DNA of 64,000 nt from positions 233,850-297,849 of the forward strand of contig NIVC01001206.1 of the NCBI GenBank assembly GCA_002269645.1. The letters run 5' to 3'. The notes under the pieces are model-generated. The model ran no database searches, was not told where the DNA came from, and worked only from the letters and a program-made list of their open reading frames with translations. Shown here in pieces: positions 36,043 through 50,411 of this stretch. Both the position numbers and the translations under genes were made by a program. Position 1 is the first letter of the stretch. Each line of letters opens with the position of its first letter. The DNA is from Macrostomum lignano (taxonomy: Eukaryota).

Positions 36043-36694
36043 TATCTCAGTATCTGTGGTATAGGAGGCTGATTAAATTTACAGTTTCTTTCTTCGACGT
36101 TCTTTTCGCTCTTTTTAAACTTAAATCCCAAAAACGTACATGTGCGAGCAGATCGTACTGTAGACGTATCGATTTCATCCTAACTTGAATTCATACAATG
36201 TACATGTACTCGAACAATTTTATTCATTAATGTTGGTTGGCACTTTAAAACTTCCCCTAACAAATTTAGCAACTCAATATAATTTTTTTCCTTTCTGCGT
36301 CATATAGATTTTCAACCAGAAATTCAAAGTTAAAAATTAATATAATGCGCGCCCATTTTTAAGTAATGGACCAAAATAAACACGCACGTAATTTATAATA
36401 TCTATATGGCTACGAAAAGCTATGTAGTAAATGAGACCGTCAGAGTACTGCATGACGACGTGTAATCCTGAATAATAGCGTGTTCGTTCCTAGATACAGC
36501 GTGTTTGTATTTTTGGGCGTAAAGCATCATCCTGCCTAGCTGAAAAGCACAATTCGAATATAAATGTAATGGTCATTACGTCGCCACTTTTCTTGTTACT
36601 TTTGCATTATTATTCCGCTATAAACTGAAGTTTGTGGGTACGCGCTCGTAGCATCAGTGTTGAACTGAGGGAGCTTTTGGGTAGCATTCGGTGT

Positions 36695-38880
36695 TAAACT
36701 GAGTGGGCTGATGGGTAAACAACTACAACAATAAACTGAGGGTGCTGATGGGTAAACAACTACAATAAACTGAGTGGGCTGATGGGTAAACAACTACAAT
36801 AAACTGAGTGGGCTGATGGGTAAACAACTGCAATAAACTGAGGGAGCTGATGGGTAAACAACTACAATAAACTGAGGTTGCTGATGGGTAAAAAACTACA
36901 ATAGACTGAGGGTGCTGATGGGTAAACAACTACAATAAACTGAGGTTGCTAATGGGTAAACAACTACAATAAACTGAGTGGGCTGATGGGTAAACAACTA
37001 CAATAAACTGAGGTTGCTAATGGGTAAACAACTGCAATAAACTGAGTGGGCTGATGGGTAAACAACTACAATAAACTGAGTGGGCTGATGGGTAAACAAC
37101 TACAATAAACTGAGTGGGCTGATGGGTAAACAACTACAATAAACTGAGTGGGCTGATGGGTAAACAACTGCAATAAACTGAGGGAGCTGATGGGTAAAGA
37201 ACTACAATAAACTGAGGGTGCTGATGGGTAAACAACTACAATAAACTGAGGTTGCTGATGGGTAAAAAACTACAATAGACTGAGGGTGCTGATGGGTAAA
37301 CAACTACAATAAACTGAGGTTGCTAATGGGTAAACAACTGCAATAAACTGAGTGGGCTGATGGGTAAACAACTACAATAAACTGAGGTTGCTAATGGGTA
37401 AACAACTACAATAAACTGAGTGGGCTGATGGGTAAACAACTACAATAAACTGAGGGTGCTGATGGGTAAACAACTACAATAAACTGAGGTTGCTGATGGG
37501 TAAACAACTACAATAAACTGAGTGGGCTGATGGGTAAACAACTGCAATAAACTGAGGGAGCTGATGGGTAAACAACTACAATAAACTGAGGTTGCTGATG
37601 GGTAAAAAACTACAATAGACTGAGGGTGCTGATGGGTAAACAACTACAATAAACTGAGGTTGCTAATGGGTAAACAACTACAATAAACTGAGTGGGCTGA
37701 TGGGTAAACAACTACAATAAACTGAGGTTGCTAATGGGTAAACAACTGCAATAAACTGAGTGGGCTGATGGGTAAACAACTACAATAAACTGAGTGGGCT
37801 GATGGGTAAACAACTACAATAAACTGAGTGGGCTGATGGGTAAACAACTACAATAAACTGAGTGGGCTGATGGGTAAACAACTGCAATAAACTGAGGGAG
37901 CTGATGGGTAAAGAACTACAATAAACTGAGGGTGCTGATGGGTAAACAACTACAATAAACTGAGGTTGCTGATGGGTAAAAAACTACAATAGACTGAGGG
38001 TGCTGATGGGTAAACAACTACAATAAACTGAGGTTGCTAATGGGTAAACAACTGCAATAAACTGAGTGGGCTGATGGGTAAACAACTACAATAAACTGAG
38101 GTTGCTAATGGGTAAACAACTACAATAAACTGAGTGGGCTGATGGGTAAACAACTACAATAAACTGAGGGTGCTGATGGGTAAACAACTACAATAAACTG
38201 AGGTTGCTGATGGGTAAACAACTACAATAAACTGAGTGGGCTGATGGGTAAACAACTACAATAAACTGAGTGGGCTGATAGGTAAACAACTGCAATAAAC
38301 TGAGGGAGCTGATGGGTAAACAACTACAATAAACTGAGGTTGCTGATGGGTAAACAACTACAATAAACTGAGGGTGCTAATGGGTAAAACAACTACAATA
38401 AACTGAGGTTGCTGATGGGTAAACAACTACAATAAACTGAGGGTGCTGATGGGTAAACAACTACAATAAACTGAGGTTGCTGATGGGTAAACAACTACAA
38501 TAAACTGAGGGTGCTGATGGGTAAACAACTGCAATAAACTGAGGGTGCTGATGGGTAAACAACTACAATAAACTGAGGGTGCTGATGGATAAACAACTGC
38601 AATAAACTGAGGGTGCTGATGGGTAAACAACTGCAATAAACTGAGGGAGCTGATGGGTAAACAACTACAATAAACTGAGTGGGCTGATGGGTAAAAAACT
38701 GCAATAAACAGGGTGTTGGTGGGTAAACAACTGCAATAAACTGAGGGTGCTGATGGATAAACAACTGCAATAAACTGAAGGTGTTGGTGGGTAAACAACT
38801 GCAATAAACTGAGGGTGCTGATGGGTAAACAACTGCAATAAACTGAAGGTGTTGGTGGGTAAACAACTGCAATAAACTGT
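36695..38880. repeat. 34-bp minisatellite (aaacaactacaataaactgagtgggctgatgggt), ~64 copies, with a 714-bp higher-order repeat
   Basis: Rare variants recur exactly 714 bp apart (36841/37555; 37191/37905). Confidence 0.96.
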
Positions 38881-39334
38881 CTCTTGCATCAGTAAATGCG
38901 CAAACCTACATGTAAAACTGAATCCAAAGCTTAAGGGAAAGAGGCACAAAGAAGTCAGGTGCCTAAAATTGTGTATAGGCAAAAAGCGGGACAATTGGCT
39001 TTAGTTTTACTATTATTCCAAAAGTGTAAGTTTACCGGAATTAAATATAATCTTGTTTTATATTTCAAAACTAGAGAGAAAACTCAGGGAATTTGTGAGG
39101 GACAGATTTTGTTTCTGTTGGTCGGTAGGCATAGTTTGAATTGAGCAAACAGATGGATGGCCACATATGCAATGATCGTCATTGGTGCCAGATTGGTCAA
39201 AGCGCACGTTCATGATCAGCTGAACTGCTTTGGAAAACTAGATAGATGTCAGTGATTGATTTCTAACTACCATTGATGGATTGTTGGAATTAAAAGGACA
39301 AGATGAACTTTGAAATCAATTTTCAAGTCGAAGT

Positions 39335-41405
39335 CTACTTTCCACTGCCGGGCATGTAGCGCAGGTACTGCTTGCCGGAGGGCAGATCCCTGACCTGGGT
39401 GCCAGCCGGCGGGGTCTTGATAGACGGCGGCACGATGCAATCGTCGCCGGAGCGCCAGTTCACCGGCGTGGCAAAGCCGTTCTTAGCAGTCAGCTGGATG
39501 CTGTCGATAGCGCGCAGAATCTCGTCGAAATTGCGCCCAGTGGTGGCCGGGTACAGGATGGACATCTTGAGCTTCTTGTCCGGCCCGATGAGGAACACGG
39601 TGCGGGCTGGCAGCGGCAGGCCCTCCTTGCCGATCTCGTTGGGGTCGAGCATCTGCAGCTGGACGGCCAGCTCGCGGCTCTTGTCGGCGATGATTGGGTA
39701 GGGCAGCGGCCGGCTGCAGTCCGTGGCACCGGACACGTGCATCACGTCCTTGGACCAGGCCTTTTGGGTTTTGATGAAAAGGCGCTTATAGTGACCGTTT
39801 TTTGCCCAAAAATCAATTCAAATTGAAATGATTAATTTGTTCTTGAACCAACCGGAGAATTGCCTATCAACCGTCCATCGAAAATCGTTCTTTATCTACT
39901 GTTAGAATCGCCTAATCCCACCTCCAGAGAATCGCCTCTAAACCACCCAGAGAATCGCCCCTGAACCACCCGAAGAAAAGCCTCTAAACCACCTAGAGAA
40001 TCTTCCTAAAGCACCCGGAGAATCGCCCCTAAACCACCCAGAGAATCGCCCCTAAACCACCCAGAGAATCGCCCCTAAACCACCCAGAGAATCGCCCCTA
40101 AACCACCCAGAGAATCGCCCCTAAACCACCCAGAGAATCGCCTTTTAAACTAACTACCCAGAGAATCGCCTTTTAAACTAACTACCCAGAGAATCGCCTT
40201 TTAAACTAACTACCCAGAGAATCGCCTTTTAAACTAACTACCCAGAGAATCGCCGCTAAACCACCCGAGAAAATGCTTTAAGACCTAAGATAATAGGAGT
40301 AAAAAGCATAAAAAATGTCGCTCTGAATCCGGTAACATAATATTATTAAAGCTTGTTCAGAGTAATAATATAGTCACTCTTATCGCGCCTAAACAAAAAG
40401 ATGATCAAGCACCAGCACGCACGCCTTGCCTATAGGCTTATCAATTGTTGGACCCGATAACAAGGCTTAAGTCTTTAAGAGTCAGAGTACCAAAGTTAAA
40501 GACTTGCTTTAGTTAACGAAGTTTCTTTTTCTTATCAATAATATTTTATTGCGTAAAAGCTGCTAGACTGGACCTAAAATCTATGTCGGTCACCCTTGTT
40601 TGATAAAAATTCGGTCAGATTAAACAAGGCAAAAATCCAAAGGTAAAATTACATTTACCTTTATTACGATTCTCGAATATGCTATTGCTATCTATTTCCT
40701 TATCTATGACCTTTAAGAGACCCTGGGACAAAGCCGGCTGGTCTTGATCTGGACTTTGGGCTTATTTTTTCAGACGAATCCAAATTATGGCATCCTATAA
40801 AATAGGATTTGATTCAAAGTACAAAATGTCCTGAGCCAATATATATCCAATAAACAAATACAGTTAAATATTTTAATATTATAATCTTTGTTTATAAGAA
40901 TATACAGTCCAGAAGGTTAAGATCCTGGCTTTGGAGTTCATGAAGTTAAATTCCATTCAAATTCGTGTCATAAAGGACATTGTTACAAAAATCGTTCACC
41001 CAATAAACTGTCTTTAAACATCTCGAAAACGACTACTCATTTGTTCATTGACAATGACATTGTCATTACCATTAGCCTTGCTTTTAATGCCAATTGGCAA
41101 TGGTGTCTGTTTAAAAAGGAGTTTGATTAAAAAACGAACGGAAGGGAATGTTGTCTCTTTGAGCTTGTCATTACCTTGTGATCTTCAACGGAATCCAACG
41201 AGATTGCAATCAGCTTAACTCCGCGCTTATCAAACTCCGGCTTCAGATTGACAACCCGAGCCAGTTCGGTAGTGCAAACCGGGGTAAAATCGGCCGGATG
41301 AGAGAACAGAATGGCCCAGGAGTCGCCAATCCATTGGTGAAAGTTGATGCGACCCTCGGTTGTGTCCGCGTCAAAATTTGGGAAAACTTCGCCAAGTCGG
41401 GCCAT
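39335..41405 (-). CDS. PRDX6: 1-Cys peroxiredoxin (peroxiredoxin-6); exons 41405-41175 and 39760-39335, 218 aa
   Basis: [79 protein letters not shown]. Donor AAG|GTaatg and acceptor AG|GCC in phase 0. Confidence 0.96.
39915..40275. repeat. 23-bp (aaaccacccagagaatcgcccct) and 27-bp variant minisatellite in PRDX6 intron
   Basis: Tandem units visible. Confidence 0.92.
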
Positions 41406-43532
41406 TGTTGTCGTGTTTCTGTTTACGAGAAGTCTTGTGAGAGTGGGGTAGGCAAGAGTGAGAAAGGCAAAAAGCCTGGGTAGAAGAGTTATCTCTTTAA
41501 AAAGGCAAGACTATAACTATCAGCGGGGACTGGGGAGGTTGAGGTTGTATTGTAGCTCGAGTGTACAGTGTGGACCTAGAGCGAGGGGCCCGGGCCGGGG
41601 GGGGGGCAAGTAAAATCAATAAAAAGTCTCTCTGCTTTCTGCCCTCAAACGGAGGGGATGTACACCGTGAAGGAAAAAGAATGTACACTGGGACCGGACT
41701 GACTGTACGCAGAATGCGGCTTGTTATCGGTACAGAGCAGTTTTACTGCTGCGTAGTGCGCCTGCTGTATATGCGATAAAGGCATGCCAAGTGGTAAATT
41801 TATTAACTTAGGTCTCCTCCATTATACACACGTAAATGAGGCCAAAATTTCTTTGACAAAGAATTTGTTCTACAGAAATTCAGCTGCAGCCAAGCTCTCA
41901 ACTTCTCAAGCAACTACTTAAATAGGGGTATAGGAAAAACCCTTTAAATTCTGGTTCACTTGAAGCTCGTATATTACAATGGGAGTGCTTTATTAGCTCA
42001 AAATATCAAAACCCTGAAAACATGATAGCTATAACAAAAACCGCGCAGTAGTTTTCGACGTGAAACTTCGAGTTTTTGAACCCCCCCGGACTATGGGCAG
42101 GGGTAATAAAGTGCTTGCTTTCTTATATATTAAATGCAATTAATAATTGAATTGTTAGTGCTCATTCAGTGTAGAAGCATAAAGTTAAAAAAAATGAGAT
42201 GAATTTTAAATAAAACATAGATTTAAACTAGCTGAGGAATCATTTAAAGAACTGAAATAAATTCTCTTTCTCCGCAACCAGCAGAAACAAAAGAAACAAA
42301 ACAAAAGAAACGAAGATGTTTCTTGCCAGCGTAGCTAGTTCATTTGAAACCATAAATTTCAAATTTAGGAATTTTTATGCACAGGTTTTTTGTTTTTCTA
42401 TTTTCATTTCTTCTGCATAAACTTTCTCGGAATGAGAAACTGATTATTTTACACTAACACTGCTCCAAACTCCAATCCAACATGCACAAAAGGTTGCATG
42501 AAAAAAATGGTTTCCAGTCTTTTAAAATATAAACCTTACACAAAATTTTACAATTCTCCAGCGCAGCGAAAAAATGATTGCCGCGAAAACGTGCCAACTA
42601 TTTTCTGTTGTTTTTTGGCTAGAGAAAAAGAGCATAATGACAGGCAAGATTGCTTATCCAGGGCAGCAACGGTCTGTGGATGAATGAACTAAAGGCTTTA
42701 GTCTTTAGACTCAAACCCTAACCCCGAGACTAATTAATGTACCACTCTTAAGGAAATGTTCATTTCGTAAATATACAATGGTGCGAATGTACAGGCACAG
42801 TCAAACTGAACATTCTACGCACACTGCACTCTCGTCCTCAAGTGTAAAATTAGCTAAAGCAAGTTCCCTTTTCTAGCAGTGTATTTGCACGGGTTATAAA
42901 TACGATGTGTTGCCCCAGTCTAACTCCATTCCAACAAGCATACACATACTCAACCCTATATGCCTTGCTTTACCAGCATCGATTTGGTAAGTTTGGTGTC
43001 TAATTCTTGAATTTATTTGCTTCAGGTTGCTACACTTTAGGAAGTAAGGGGCGCAGCACAGAGGTGTCACTTTGCATATGGAGCGCCCTACTTGGGCGCA
43101 ATGGCGAGGCACCATTGACGGATGCCATACCTGGTGGGGCAGCCTGATAGGTCTCTTGAGCTGATTACACTGTTGTGCTAAGGGGACATTTTCTTTGCCT
43201 TTAAACCCTTGTCTTTGCCCCTGACGCTGCATTTGCAGAGGTGTTCTAAGGTCTACATGCATGGGTACTCTCATGTCCTCGGGTAGAGGGGGTGCGGCTA
43301 CCCCTGGATTCGCCCTTGTATAGAAAATCGTATCAAGAATTTTTTCTAATTCAAAGACTATTTTTGTAGTTGTACACATTCGAACGTTGTAGCAAGTAAT
43401 GCCATATGGTCTACTAGCAGTAGGCTACCAGCATTTTTTATCTCTTTTTTCTCTATGATCTGAAAAAAATTGCTACGAGCGTACGTACAATAGGTCTTAA
43501 TATTTTTTTCTGTTATTTTTAAGTCAATATTT

Positions 43533-43891
43533 TTTTTATTAGAGGCAGGGGGGTTGTGTGCACCCTGGCGCAATTTAAGCGTCATTGGCACACAACCGGC
43601 GAGAGGCATTACTGCCCATTCCGCCGACTCCCCTGAGCAGGCATACAAGCGCGCGGATACGTTACGCAGGCACACACTCACACAGGAGTGTACAGCGGCC
43701 CTAACTTTATCAATTGTTAGGCATGTACACTTCACTGCGCCTTGGGGGGGGTTGGCTCTCAAGGCCGTTAATTGCACAAGCGAGCCAAGCCAAGATTCCA
43801 ATCCAGCCCCAAATTAATGTGGCTGCACTTGGAATCGAGCCTGGGTCGCGGCACACCAGAGCAGCTGCGCTACCGCTGGGCTACGGCCCCC
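43533..43891 (-). mobile_element. tRNA-derived SINE family 2, copy A, with 15-bp TSD tttaagtcaatattt
   Basis: Head ggggccgtagcccagcggtagcgc...ggctcgattcc; A-rich tail; TSD at 43518-43532 and 43892-43906. Confidence 0.92.
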
Positions 43892-44900
43892 CTTTAAGTC
43901 AATATTTACTATATTTAATATATTCTTCTTAGATTTTGATTTTTATCTGTTTTTTGGGTCGCTAATCATTTCTTGACAGCGAATAGACAGCGTCTGAAGC
44001 CAACCATCAAATTTGTGCGAAAATTACGTGTAAATATAACAATTATCGAGTCGAAAAGGTTGCACAAATTGCTTAAATGATATTTTACGTATAACTTATT
44101 TCTACACACAGACAGCCAATTAGCTAAGCATTCTATTTGTTCTACGCATTTACAGTTTTGGACAATTACAATCGAGAAGAGTGCATAAAGCCAGCGTCAT
44201 CTCTAGCATCGAGGAGACTGGCTGGAGGCTGCATGGTTAGCCTGACGCTGGTTATCCAGACGGACCTGAACTTATTGCTTTGTTCTACTGCTTCAGACTG
44301 CCGTGAGTATAAAACTTTCTCTTGCCCTACATATTACACTCGTTTTTGTAAAATTTAGGGGCATGTACATGGTACATACATGTAAATGCGTGTGCAATAG
44401 CATGCCATACATGTATTCGCCATTCCTTTTTAAGTCGTAATTTCTGTTACAAGAGTATAGCCGCAACTTCCACAGGTTTCAGTCGCAGGGATTTTTTGTA
44501 GTACGTTTCGGTGCTTTCAAAGTAAGCTAAGAAAAGTGAGCCTAAGTAGCATTTTCGTTAGCCGGCGAAGGAAAAAATTCTCAAACTGAGAGTTGAAACC
44601 TTTGACTCTGAAAAAGGGATAGTTCCATGTCATTGCTTTTCGGGAAAGGGAAAATTCCCGTTGATATGCTAAATTTGAATTCATATCAAGCAAATAGCTC
44701 GAACTTCGCAGTACTACTTAAAGTGTGTTTAGACGGACTTTATAAAAATTCGCTACGGGAGAGTCTTGGTGCAGGAAGGACCCAGCTGGAAAACCTCGTT
44801 AGGAAAATTGCCACGAGAAATTCTCGGTGGTAAAACTAGATACTTCCGCTTGATAAATTAACCACCCCTGGCATCGTCATTCAAGGCAAAATAAATCATC

Positions 44901-47900
44901 ATGAACGACGGAAACGAGTTAATGCGCCATCTCTTAAAATCCATGAGTCTCCAGCCGACTGAAAACCAACCTGCTCAGAATCAAAGTTCGGAAGATATGA
45001 CAGAATTTCGAAACCAGCTACAAAAAATGAGTTCAAAATGGAATGAAAAACTGGCTGTTACAAAACAGAAGATGAAAAAAATGAAAGAGCTACCAGAAAA
45101 CGTTGTCAAATATCTATCAGCTGCAAGAGGCGGAGACAATTCTAAGTGCCATCAACACTTAGCAACAGGTATGAATGTTGATATTAGAGGCGTCAACAAT
45201 GAGACGGCGCTTTGCCTCGCAGCTGCAGGTGGACATACTGACCTGTTGAATCTGTTTTTGCAACACAAAGCGGACGTTAATGCTCAGGATGAAGACGGCG
45301 ACACTCCACTGATAACAGCAGTTATTAATGGAAAAAATGCCTTTGTCAGGGCCCTGTTAGACCAGTGCGGAGATAAACTTAATCTTGATTTAAGGAATAA
45401 AGCAGGAAAAACAGCAATTCAAATAGCCTTCAAGGCAGGAAACGAAGAGGTTGTTACTTTACTCGCTGACAAGAACGCGCGCTTTGACTGTGATGACGAA
45501 AAGCAAAAGAAAATTCTCTTTAAATGCGCAGTCGAAGGCAAGGCTTTCTTCATAAAGTTTTGGTTTCGTCAACATCCTGGCAAGCAAGCTGTCATCAACA
45601 TGACAAGGAATTCTCACACACTGTCGTCAGTTTCAGCGCTTAATGGCAGCCTAGACGTCCTTGAAGTACTTCATCAAGAAGGAGCCAACTTGGACATTCC
45701 TGATAAAGACGGAGACACGCCTTTATTTTGCGCTGCTCAAAATGGATTCCGTAAGATTGTTGAGTTTCTAGTGAGAAACGGTTGCAAAGTAAATCATAAA
45801 AATAAAGGTGGGAAAACACCTTTATTTTCCGCTGTTGTGAACAGACATATAGATATTGTTCGTTATTTAGCAAACCATGGAGCCAGTATAAGTGTGCTTG
45901 ACAAAAAAGGCTATTCGTTACTTAACGCCGCCATTGTAGCAGGATCGACAGAAAACTTTCAGTATCTATGTAAGCACCTTCCGGAATATTGCCTTCAGTT
46001 TAACACCGTCACAAAGGACGGAGAGACATGCCTGCTGGCAGCATCGCAAACTGCGAACATGAAAATTTTCGAAGAGGTACTCAAAATGAGCAGTGACTTA
46101 AATCATCGAAATAAACAAGGCGTCTCCGCAGTACTTAGGGCAGCACACAATAATCAGACAGAGATGGTGAAGCTGCTAATCGATCGTGGAGCTGACGTTG
46201 ACTTGCCGACTAAAGGTAATGAGACAGCGCTTCTTTGTGCTGTTCAGCAAAACAACAGTGCGATTGTAAAGCTTTTGATTGACACTAACAGGTGCAACAT
46301 TGCTGTCCAGGATTGTAATGGCTTTTCGCTTATCTATCGTGCTGTAGAAAAGAAAAACATAGAACTTCTTCAACATCTATTGAAGTTAGGAGCACCAGCT
46401 GATTTGGCTGATGTTAGTGGAAATACTCCATTCATCGTGGCAGTGAATCAGAACTCTGTCGAAACAGTAAAGATCTTAGTCAACACCGGAAAAGTTGATA
46501 TTGGCAGAAGAAATCTAAAGGGCCACACAGCCGTCCTGCTAGCGACAAAAAATCAATCGGAGGCGATGCTGAAATATTTGCTTGATGTTGGGTGTCAGAT
46601 GGACGTCTGTGACAAAAGTGGCGATACTCCTTTGCTACTTGCAATCAAGAAAAAGAACTACAAGATAGCCAATATTCTCTTGAATCGAGAACGAATGGGA
46701 TGCGACGCTAGCATTGCGGACAAATCAGGAAAATCGTGTTTGCATGTTGCCGCTTTAACTAGGAAGTCAGCTTTTATTACTATTCTGATCAGCAAGGGTG
46801 CAAATTTAGACAAAACCGACAGTCAACAGAACACGTCTTTTTTAACGTCAGCCAAGAATAAAAATTCCACCGAATTGACTGTTTTAGAGGCAAAAGGTTC
46901 AGATGTCAACCGACGCAATTCTGAAGGCCAAAACGCAGCACATGCGTGCATATCACACGGAATGAACAATCTTGTTGCTTTGGAAGCCCTTGGCTGCTGT
47001 ACTGATGCAGAAGATTTTATGGGTAATACTCCGATTCACATCGCTGCTGCCAAGGGAAAGTCCTTAGCGATAGAGTTTCTAGCTGGGCTTGGAGCACCGG
47101 TAGATTTGCCCAACAAAGAAGGAAATACACCGGTGCATTTAGCTTGCAAAATGGGTTCAAGTAGTGCACTAGTGTGCCTTGTCGAGCACAGCGCCAAATT
47201 GAAGGTTAAAAACAACCAGAGGCAAACAGAACTGATGCTGGCCAGTCGGTCGGGTAATGAAGAAACAATCAATATTCTACTTGAGCGTTACAGTAAGGAG
47301 GACATCAATCTACAAGATCGTAGCAGGAAGACTGCTTTACATTACGCAATAGAATCTCGGGTCGACGGAGCTGCCAAGAGGCTGATTGAAGCTGGTGCAG
47401 ATGTAAACATTCCGGATAATGAAGATTTCACACCAGTTCTGCTTGCAGCTCAAATGAGCCAATGGAGCGTTCTCAGTACCGCTGTAGAAAAGATCGATTC
47501 GAATTTATTGCTCAAATCAAGGAATGGAGAATCGATAGCACATTTTGCGGCCTCTAACTCAAGCATTGAGACTCTGAAAAAGCTCAAGGAGAAGCTAGTA
47601 TCACTGACGGAACTAACCAAAGAAAGTGAGTCCTGTCTAACTCTGGCTGCCACAGGCGGATCAATCGAAGTTTGTGAGTTCCTAATTTCTGAAGGAAATC
47701 TGGTCAGTCACTGTAACAGAAAAGGCGAGAATGCAATTTGCAAGGCTGCTCAAGGAAAACATTCAGAGCTGTTTTTCCATCTGGCTACTTGCCACAGATC
47801 GGATTTTCTGCTTAAGGATGAGAACGGCAAGAGTAGCCTCTACTATTTTCTAGACGGCTCCGAGAGCCTTGATCATTCTGCCATATCAGAACTCCTTCTG

Positions 47901-50323
47901 GACGTTGATGAACAGGACCTAATCGATCTCAATTCACAAGGATTCGGACTCTGTCACATGGCAGCCAAGAAAGATAGTGCCAAACTTCTTCGCGAGCTGC
48001 GGGACCGTGGATGGCATCTGAGTAGAACTACAGCAAGTGGCGAAACTTGTATCACTCTTGCAGCGAAAACCAGCGGATCAAAGGCACTGAAGTTTCTACT
48101 TGAACTCTCCCGTAACAAGGACGCAATGGAACCAGAGCTTTCCAAAAGTAAACAAGAGCAAGAGAAGGCTTTTCGAATTTGTGCTAAACTAGGAAAGATA
48201 GAACTGACTGACGAGTTATTCAGTCGTGGTGTTAATGTCAACGCCACCGACGAAGAGGGCAACACTGCTTTGATGATAGCTTGTCAGCACAAGCAGAATG
48301 ACTTTGCCTTAAGCCTACTTTCCAGGGAAGCGATACCTCGAGTTGATGTGGATGTAAAAAACCAAAACGGATTCTCTGCACTTCATTTTGCCAGCAAGAA
48401 TCAGCTTACTGATTGCGTTGAAAAGCTGCTCAGCCTTGGAGCCAAAACTGACTCTGTTAATTCCGAAGGTTACACCTGTCTACATGAGGCCGTGAGGGGC
48501 CCTGACTCGACTGACGTTGCCGAACTACTAATAGATTCTGGCTGTGATGTTAATCAGAAGACCTCTAGCGACGAGACAAGTTTATTGTTGGCACTTAAAA
48601 AAGGAAGTAAGAAATTGACTAAGTTTCTGATTAGTCGAGGAGCAAGAGTGGATGCAGAAAAAGTTCCAATATCTTTGGTGGTAAAAAAGTTCTTGTCGCA
48701 GGGCCGAAGAGAAATCATAACTTGGCTACTCAAGCTCGAACCAAGGCTCGATGTAAACAAAGTCGATGCTGATGGCCGTCATGTACTTTTTGACGTCATC
48801 GACCATGGAGCGGAAGAAATCCTGAGGCTTTTCCTTTCTAGTGGAGCCGATATTGAATGCGAGGACAAACGTAGTGTCACACCATTCCTTCACGCTCTAG
48901 CAGTTGGCAGAGAAGATTTAGCAAAGATATTGCTTGAACGAGGCTGCAACACTGAGAAACGAGCAGCCAATGGATTTGATTGTGTTTTGGCTGCTGTCTC
49001 TACGAGGCGTCTCTTCACACTAAAATGGTTGTTTAATCATGTATCCGGACTAAACAGTCGTCCACAAGCAGAGATCAAAGGTAAAAATGCGTTACACTTT
49101 TGCTGCCAAATTGGACACCCACAGATGTTTAAACTGCTGCTTGATAATGGCTTCGATCTGAACAAACAGTGCGATATTGGCTGGACTCCTGTAGACTACG
49201 CGATAGCCGAAGGGCATCTGGCGATTATAAAGGCAGCAGATGCAATACAGAACAGGACCTTCTTGAGTAGATACGAACATCATGCAAACACGGCAAGTGA
49301 TGTACCGTCACCTTTCGCTAAAGCTGCTGCTAACGGCTATGAAAGCTTATTCAAGTTTCTCCACTCAATCGGTGTTAACTTTGAGGGCATAGCCGATACA
49401 ACCATTCCGTTTGCGTGTGGAAATGGACAGCAGCATATCATTAAATTTCTTCTTTCCGTTGGAGTTGATATTCAAGCGTATAAGAATCCAAAAAATGGCC
49501 GAACGGCTCTTCTTACAGCCATCGATTCGGGTGATTTGCACTTGATTAGCTTCCTTGTTGACAAAGTTAGGTGTGACATTCGAGCTGTCTGTCATAACAG
49601 AAACACTGCTATTCAAGGAGCAGTCACTACGAACCAAGAAAGAATCCTGAATTATCTCATTAGCAAGGGTGCACTAATTGACGAACCGGATGCCGAAGGA
49701 GACACTCCTGTTCTTGAAGCATCACTTCTTGGGCATCAGCGCATGCTAGACATCTTATTAGAGCACAACTGCAACATAAAGAGGCTGAATAATCAGGCGC
49801 GAAGTGCTATTCATATGGCTGTTATAAAAAATGACAACCCAGAAATGCTCCAGTTCCTAATCGATAAAGAAATCCCAGCGAACGGCAGGGATGAAAAAGG
49901 CAACACTGCCTGCATGATCGCCAGCTACCAAGGTCACCAAAAATCAGTAAAGCTCCTGCTTGAGCACGACCGAAGCCTCGGAAAAGAACGAAACGCAGAC
50001 GGTTCAACGCCAGCACTGCTGGCCGCAATGAAAGGCAAGCACGAGGTTCTTCAAGTTCTGGCAGAAAATGATTGTTTGGAAGCTAATGACGTCGACAACG
50101 AAGGCAGCACAATCCTGATGATGGCCATTCAGTCCGGCTCTGTGCCAACAGTAAGAATGCTTCTGGAAACGGGTGACTGCAACACAACTGCTGTGAACAA
50201 CAATGGGATTGGCGTTCAAACGCTGGCGACGCAGTGTCGCGATGAAGCGATGCTGGAGCTACTGAGGCAGTTCGGTATTGAAGGCCAACTGGCAGAGGCT
50301 GAGGCAACTGAGGCGCAGCAAAC
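44901..50323 (+). CDS. Giant exon encoding ~1807 aa of tandem ankyrin repeats (roughly 45-50) with a short N-terminal coiled coil
   Basis: Repeated G.TPL/TALH.AA..G....V..LL..GAD motifs across the ORF. The track ORF ends 2 nt into a donor (AAAC|GTaag at 50323/50324). Confidence 0.9.
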
Positions 50324-50411
50324 GTAAGATTTTTTATTTTTGCCAAACTGTACTATCAATTTCCCGCTGTTATTCTTATTCCGATAGTAATTTTACCTAT
50401 CTTAATTTTAC

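Noticed and set aside
565-39729. Overlapping and antisense ORFs across BTB, ALG1, otopetrin, RBM12-like and PRDX6 exons
   Set aside because: Shadow frames expected in very GC-rich coding DNA; no recognisable domains.
42894-43379. 161-aa minus-strand ORF
   Set aside because: Non-ATG start, no recognisable motif, and it overlaps what looks like a MITE end (ctggattcgcccttg).
44627-44833. 68-aa ORF as an upstream coding exon of the ankyrin gene
   Set aside because: The nearest acceptor (44885) is followed by an in-frame TAA before the ATG at 44901, so it cannot simply fuse.
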